A stretch of DNA of 64,000 nt from Candidatus Omnitrophota bacterium (GTDB lineage: Bacteria; Omnitrophota; Gorgyraeia; Zapsychrales; Zapsychraceae), in the NCBI GenBank assembly GCA_021108075.1, contig JAIORP010000168.1, positions 2,649-66,648 on the forward strand, written 5' to 3'. Position 1 is the first letter of the stretch; each line of letters opens with the position of its first letter. Below, one piece after another: positions 59,130 through 64,000 of the stretch. Below the pieces are notes generated by a model. That model was not told the origin of the DNA. It made no database searches and saw only the letters and a program-made list of their open reading frames with translations. A program made the translations under genes and the position numbers.

Positions 59130-61448
59130 ATGAGAATGAAATGGAAAAATATTATATTACCTCTTGGGGCTACTCTCCTTCTTGCGCTCGGAACGCTGAT
59201 CTATTTTCTTGTCGCCCGTCAACAATTCGTAAAGTGTTATACCTCTGATGTGATCTTTTTATTTATGGGCATTATCCGGCAAGGGTTCTCTTTACCTTTT
59301 GAGCGGTTCGGCCAATTAATAGCGTTGTTTCTCCTGGGGCTGAACACCCTATTAATTCTATGTTTCGTTTATATCTATAAATCTGAATTCGCCAAAAAAC
59401 ATTTCAAAATTTTGACATTGATCAGTATGATCATTCATCTATCCTATCAAACACTTTACCTCCATTCAAACCTGGCCTGGATTGCGTTTGGGGTTCTGCT
59501 CCTGCTCATTATTTTTGAACACCTCCTCAAAGGAACCGGCCCTTTAAACAGGCCATTCTATCTCGATGCCGTCAACAGGTCAACGTCTGTCCGCCTTCTC
59601 AGCCTGGTCCTGATAACCGCCTTGCCGTTCTTTTACAAATTTCCTGTGACCAGGTTCAATCAACTGATCTTTCAAGACGACTACCCAAAATACTTATATT
59701 TTGCCAGATATCATTTAAACATCCTGAAAAATGGAGCTCTTTTCGGATGGAACGATCAATTTTCCGGAGGGTTCCCAAGCTTTCTGGACCTAAGATTACT
59801 CAGCCTGCCCTTTCTGCCTTTTTCTTTCTTCGGCGATAACATCGGTTTTCATCTAATGATCACGGCATTCTACCTGACGCTTCCCCTTCTCATTTATGCG
59901 CTGACGATTCAAATAAATAATGATAAAACAACCGCCTTTATCAATGGCCTCGTTTGTGGTTTTGCCCAGATGGCCTATTTCGGAGACATGCTGGAATGGG
60001 GCATGCTGCCTGGATTTATTTCGATTTGGCTCATGGTGCTTTCCCTTATATTTATTGAACGCTTTTATCAAGACAAAGCGTTCAGCCTTTTTTATCTCAG
60101 CCTCACCTTAGGATTAATGTTTTATATTCATTTTATATCACTCGCTTCGACGGTGTGCCTGTTATTTTTTAGAACGCTAGCCCAAACATTCCTGTTAAAA
60201 AAAAGAGTATCCGCAAAAAAATTACTATTCATGTGCCTATTCGTCACACTCATTGTCTTACCTTTTCTCCTACCCATGATCCGATACAATCGTTTTATTA
60301 TTCCAACATCAAACTTTTTTGATCAAAGTGACAGTGGGTCCTTAATCTTCCATTTTTCCGATATGTTGCGAACCTATCTCATCCTGCCGGTATGGCTGCT
60401 CGATACCCCCCACTACAGAAGCCTTTGGATGATTCTCCCGCTGGCCATCATGCTTTTCTTTCGCGATGAGCGGGCAAAAAAAAACGCCATATATTTATTT
60501 ATCATTCTGATCATCGCTTTTGGAGGACCCTTCTTCAATACACAATTCACGGCCCGGATTAAATTTATTGTGCCCATTTTTATTGCACTGATTGCGGGCG
60601 TTTGGATCGTCGATCCTTCCGGAAAATTTTCTTTGTCACGCTTCCTGATGATATTATTGGTCTGTTCCTTCATGCTCACAACAAATTCTTTGTCAAAACC
60701 TATCCGCCATATACCTCATATTGCTGATTTTAAACCGCATCTCATTCAAGAAATCACGCGAGCGAACGGACAGTTAATCTTACTTGAAAACACGGCAAAT
60801 CTTAATCCGTACAAGAACCTCTTTGAAGAACATGTTGAATCCGGCTATCCGCATTTTGAAGGAAGTCTTGCGTCGCACACGGAAAGACGCTTTTTATCCC
60901 ATTATGGTACCGATTCCTATCCGTATTTTATTTTTCGAGAAGGGCTGATCCTCTCTGGAGTGTCCAATGGCGACGATATCGCAAAAATCCATATTAAAGA
61001 TATGATCCGCATATTGGATAAATGGGGTATTCAAAATGTCGTGGTATTTAGCTCAAAGGCGAAAAATTATTTTTATAACGCCCATCCCTATTTTGATCGA
61101 ACGTTCCAAGACGAAGGCTTTGAAATGTTCACCTTAAAAGACCGCCAGTCCGGGGATGACAAAATAAAAACACAGACCCTGAACCCTTTTCACAAACAAA
61201 TCACACTTAAAAATATTGCGCGGGGTGAGACGATCACGCTGAAAACAAACTATTTTCCCGCCTGGAAGGCTTTTCATGGAAAGCATAAAGTTGAAGTATT
61301 CAATGATAACGGGCAACTGTCTTTTCTATCACCGACGGAAGGGAATGTAAAGATTGACCTTTATTTTCCCCGATACTATCCTTTGCTCATCATAAGCTTC
61401 GTAGCGATCTTAACGTTTTATATCCTATCCTGGAAAAAATGCTTTTAA
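59130..61448 (+). CDS. Large multi-TM GT-C/YfhO-like membrane protein
   Basis: Many TMs, QDDYPKY acidic motif, GWNDQFSGGFP, C-terminal NYFPAWKAF motif and a final TM. Confidence 0.72.
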   Translation: MRMKWKNIILPLGATLLLALGTLIYFLVARQQFVKCYTSDVIFLFMGIIRQGFSLPFERFGQLIALFLLGLNTLLILCFVYIYKSEFAKKHFKILTLISMIIHLSYQTLYLHSNLAWIAFGVLLLLIIFEHLLKGTGPLNRPFYLDAVNRSTSVRLLSLVLITALPFFYKFPVTRFNQLIFQDDYPKYLYFARYHLNILKNGALFGWNDQFSGGFPSFLDLRLLSLPFLPFSFFGDNIGFHLMITAFYLTLPLLIYALTIQINNDKTTAFINGLVCGFAQMAYFGDMLEWGMLPGFISIWLMVLSLIFIERFYQDKAFSLFYLSLTLGLMFYIHFISLASTVCLLFFRTLAQTFLLKKRVSAKKLLFMCLFVTLIVLPFLLPMIRYNRFIIPTSNFFDQSDSGSLIFHFSDMLRTYLILPVWLLDTPHYRSLWMILPLAIMLFFRDERAKKNAIYLFIILIIAFGGPFFNTQFTARIKFIVPIFIALIAGVWIVDPSGKFSLSRFLMILLVCSFMLTTNSLSKPIRHIPHIADFKPHLIQEITRANGQLILLENTANLNPYKNLFEEHVESGYPHFEGSLASHTERRFLSHYGTDSYPYFIFREGLILSGVSNGDDIAKIHIKDMIRILDKWGIQNVVVFSSKAKNYFYNAHPYFDRTFQDEGFEMFTLKDRQSGDDKIKTQTLNPFHKQITLKNIARGETITLKTNYFPAWKAFHGKHKVEVFNDNGQLSFLSPTEGNVKIDLYFPRYYPLLIISFVAILTFYILSWKKCF

Positions 61449-61593
61449 TCCGAAACAATTCTTTTTTAACATTTTCCAACCAGGGTTCATATTGCAAATA
61501 CGGCAACAGGTTCGCGTCCCGTTCACGCAGGACAACAAAACATGCCTTCCGGCATGGATTCTGGAAAAAAATCTTGCGCGGGTGCCTCATTAT

Positions 61594-61693
61594 ACCAATT
61601 CCATTAAATAATGATCAAAACCAATTCTGCTTTTCTCGACGACTTAGCGAGAATATCAAAATTAAAATAGAACAATTTATTAATGGATTTGGT
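61594..61693 (+). mobile_element. MITE family A, full-length 100-bp copy
   Basis: ACCAATTCCATTAA...TTAATGGATTTGGT with perfect flanking direct repeat ATTAT (61589-61593, 61694-61698). Confidence 0.9.
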
Positions 61694-61694
61694 A

Positions 61695-62723
61695 TTATTC
61701 TTTCAGTACGACGTCTGAGAATTGCAATTTATGAGAGAAGGGCACAAAGAAGAGAAGTCCTAAAAGGACAGGAACGATCTGGTGCACGAAAAACACCAAT
61801 AATCCCAATGCGAGTAGCGTTTCTTTCGGCGCGAAATGCGCCAAAAAAATAATATACGCCCCTTCCCGCACGCCAAAGCCCGATATGGATACAGGCAGTT
61901 GAGTCAGCAGCACCACCAATGGCATATACAAAAACAAGGCCCCGAGGGGGATCACCAGACCATAGGAACGCGCGAACACAAAGCAGATCAATAATTCAGA
62001 AATTTGATAACCCATGGACAAGACAAGCAAAAACAACAACTTTTTAAGCGACAAACCATGCCATAGGTCTATATTTTTTTTAAAGAGCTGAAATAACCGC
62101 GATTCTCTGGCAAAACAGAACAAAAAAAGAATTTTCTTCGCGGTTTCTTTTTTAAGGATAAACAGACACAAGGAAAACATCACAACCACACCCATGACCG
62201 CCATGATCATAAAATATTTCTGATAAATTATCAACTCTCCCTGCCGCATGCCATAAAGCAAACAACCGAGTGCGAAAAAAATTAAAATTGTAATCAGATG
62301 AATAATATTGGCAATCACATTGGACAATAAGCCTTCTATGAGGGGAACATGATGATACTTCTTCAAATAGTAGACTGAAAAAATCTCGGTATTCTTAACA
62401 GTAGGAATAAGTTTGTATGGCAGGCTCCCGCAACGGATAAACAGCGCATTCATATACGACATAGGATAGTTCATATACGCCAGTATTGTCTGCTTAATAA
62501 ACGCGCACAAAAAAATATTCAACAAGATGGAAATGGCTATACCTGTCAGCAGGGAGGCGCTCTTAACCCGGGAGATAAGCTGGAAAGTTTGTTGGAAGTC
62601 AACAACCGATTTCAAATAATAGAAAATGACACATGTGACAGCGAGAATAATGATGAAAGACAGAATAAGCCTTAAGAGGTGTCGATCAAAAAAATTTAAT
62701 AAAATTCTTTCATCTTTCATCAT
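61695..62723 (-). CDS. Lysylphosphatidylglycerol-synthase-TM / flippase-like membrane protein
   Basis: Multiple TMs and the LPVSISGFGVREGA signature. Start placed at MMKDE (ORF-track alternative 62804). Confidence 0.85.
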   Translation of the reverse strand: MMKDERILLNFFDRHLLRLILSFIIILAVTCVIFYYLKSVVDFQQTFQLISRVKSASLLTGIAISILLNIFLCAFIKQTILAYMNYPMSYMNALFIRCGSLPYKLIPTVKNTEIFSVYYLKKYHHVPLIEGLLSNVIANIIHLITILIFFALGCLLYGMRQGELIIYQKYFMIMAVMGVVVMFSLCLFILKKETAKKILFLFCFARESRLFQLFKKNIDLWHGLSLKKLLFLLVLSMGYQISELLICFVFARSYGLVIPLGALFLYMPLVVLLTQLPVSISGFGVREGAYIIFLAHFAPKETLLALGLLVFFVHQIVPVLLGLLFFVPFSHKLQFSDVVLKE

Positions 62724-62805
62724 ATTGAAATAAAGCCCACCAAAGAATAAATTTTGATGAAAAATATCATTCTTTGAACGGACGACCCCAGCGGCCCTCT
62801 CCAAG

Positions 62806-63525
62806 TTAAGTAATATTTTTAACGGCTTTTTTTTGTCGGGATGCCAAACGATATAAATCCCTCAGCGCTTCAATGATAACTTCCAGACTGGCGCCCGTTT
62901 GCTTTCCCTGCACGCGGGGGAAATGGGCAACGGGAACTTCCTTTATCCGGCACCCCTTTTCTCTGGCTTGAATAAAAAAATCCGTATAAAAAACACCTGC
63001 GTGACAGTCAAATTCATCAAAGTTAAAACGATCTTTTTTAAACAGTTTAAATCCGCAATTTATATCCTTCAAGCTTAAATCAAACAACCGGCAGGCAAAC
63101 CACGTATACATCTTCCCCAGTAATATACGGTACACGGAATCCCGGCGATGAGACCGATATCCCGTGATAATGTCATCGTCTTCGAGAAATGGCTGCATAT
63201 CTACGAGTGAAGAAATTTGAAATTGACCATCCGCGTCCATAAAAAGGATGGACGAATATTGAGCGATGTGAAGCCCTGAAAGAAGCGCCGCGCCATAGCC
63301 CTCATTTTCAGAATGCGTGACAACTTTTAACGATGGATAGCGTGCGGCAGCGTCTTTTAAAAATTGAGCGGTTTTATCGCGGCTCCCGTCATCAACAACA
63401 ATCACTTCATATCTTAAAAAAAATGTTTGTTTTGATAAATAATCATATGTGTCGCTTAATGTTTTACCTATAATATCCGCTAAATCATACGAGGGCAAAA
63501 CGACCGATATAGCATCTTTATTCAT
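62806..63525 (-). CDS. GT2 glycosyltransferase (polyprenol-phosphate sugar synthase-like)
   Basis: ISVVLPSY, VVDDGSRD, NEGYGAAL, FMDADGQF, DINCGFKLF, EVPVAHFPR. Confidence 0.92.
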   Translation of the reverse strand: MNKDAISVVLPSYDLADIIGKTLSDTYDYLSKQTFFLRYEVIVVDDGSRDKTAQFLKDAAARYPSLKVVTHSENEGYGAALLSGLHIAQYSSILFMDADGQFQISSLVDMQPFLEDDDIITGYRSHRRDSVYRILLGKMYTWFACRLFDLSLKDINCGFKLFKKDRFNFDEFDCHAGVFYTDFFIQAREKGCRIKEVPVAHFPRVQGKQTGASLEVIIEALRDLYRLASRQKKAVKNIT

Positions 63526-63649
63526 ATTCTTCCTTTTTGAATCGGGCTCGACCGTAATCAACCGCTAACACCTGTTCCGCGACTCTTAAAAGGGCCCGAT
63601 AAAAGCCATTTCAATTCATTGAGATAAAATGCGTTTGGTTAAAACTCAT

Positions 63650-63749
63650 ACCAAATCCATTAATGAATTGTTTTATTTCAATTCTGATATTCTTGCCTTA
63701 GCGTCGAAAAAAGCAGAATTGGTTTTGGTCATTATTTAATGGAATTGGT
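63650..63749 (-). mobile_element. MITE family A, full-length 100-bp copy
   Basis: ACCAAATCCATTAAT...ATTTAATGGAATTGGT, right flank ATTAT. Confidence 0.85.
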
Positions 63750-63753
63750 ATTA

Positions 63754-63999
63754 TTACGATTTTAAAGAAAAAACCCCCTTCAATAACCGAAAAAAGATAT
63801 CCGTATTGTGACAATAGAACGGCGCGTAACGATAAATGTGCTCCCATAAAAATCGGGGACTAAAAAATATCCGCCGGTATATCTTTACCCGCATGTCTTC
63901 GAGTTGACGGGTGCTCACAGCGCTCAAGGTCATTCGGGGAACAGTATAATGGTACATCGACAGCACTTCTTCATCTTTCAACGTGCTTTTCAATTGCTC
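63754..63999 (-). CDS. C-terminal fragment of another probable radical SAM paralog (runs off the window end)
   Basis: MYHY...YRRIFFSPRFLWEHIYRYAPFY...DIFFRL aligns by eye with the C-terminus of 54793-56229 (TYHY...YRSFYLRLSYFIHHLLKYGLFY...DVFFEL); the frame is open to the window end. Confidence 0.7.
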   Translation of the reverse strand, partial: EQLKSTLKDEEVLSMYHYTVPRMTLSAVSTRQLEDMRVKIYRRIFFSPRFLWEHIYRYAPFYCHNTDIFFRLLKGVFSLKS

Positions 64000-64000
64000 A

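Noticed and set aside
2793-61852. Recurring small ORFs sharing IIPNPLINCSILIL or IPIPLNNDQNQFCF (2793..3041, 10165..10560, 14431..14625, 47866..48135, 61439..61852) as a peptide family
   Set aside because: The shared sequence is just a translation of MITE A, and the ORFs overlap real genes or lack start signals.
56280-63525. Hopanoid side-chain (hpnIJKL) cluster
   Set aside because: GT2, flippase-like and HpnJ-like architectures are present, but no squalene-hopene cyclase, HpnH or HpnK is seen and orthology cannot be established by eye.

Overview
Gene-dense bacterial window with almost all genes on the minus strand. One giant exported protein has termini I recognise from Omnitrophota (PVC superphylum) proteins, so that lineage is inferred, not proven. 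From left to right: (1) a truncated methyl-accepting chemotaxis protein, a TMTC-like GT-C/TPR protein, mscS and a DUF481 barrel; (2) a ~1630-aa signal-peptide protein with a degenerate PTS enzyme I-like cargo between conserved-looking terminal modules; (3) an MlaE/F/D plus lipoprotein operon and small housekeeping genes; (4) a trehalose/alpha-glucan cluster (treY, GH57, treZ, treS-maltokinase, glgE, glgX) with cls, corA, pfkA and a multi-PAS kinase; (5) a ~21-kb envelope-modification locus. That locus has four complete B12-binding radical SAM genes plus the tail of a probable fifth, a DUF362 Fe-S protein, a PP-loop enzyme, an SGNH hydrolase, DUF5989, GT2, a flippase-like protein, GT9 and three GT-C proteins. 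It encloses three tandem paralogous, secreted Cys-rich ~83-aa peptides with an AxA|Q cleavage site. A 100-bp MITE family (target ATNAT) occurs as six complete copies plus several partial or nested remnants. One copy sits in-frame inside a gene and several abut stop codons. Two other fold-back elements are present. No rRNA, tRNA, CRISPR array or transposase was recognised. The best candidates for undescribed biology are the peptide trio with its radical SAM/GT-C locus, and the giant exported enzyme I-like protein.
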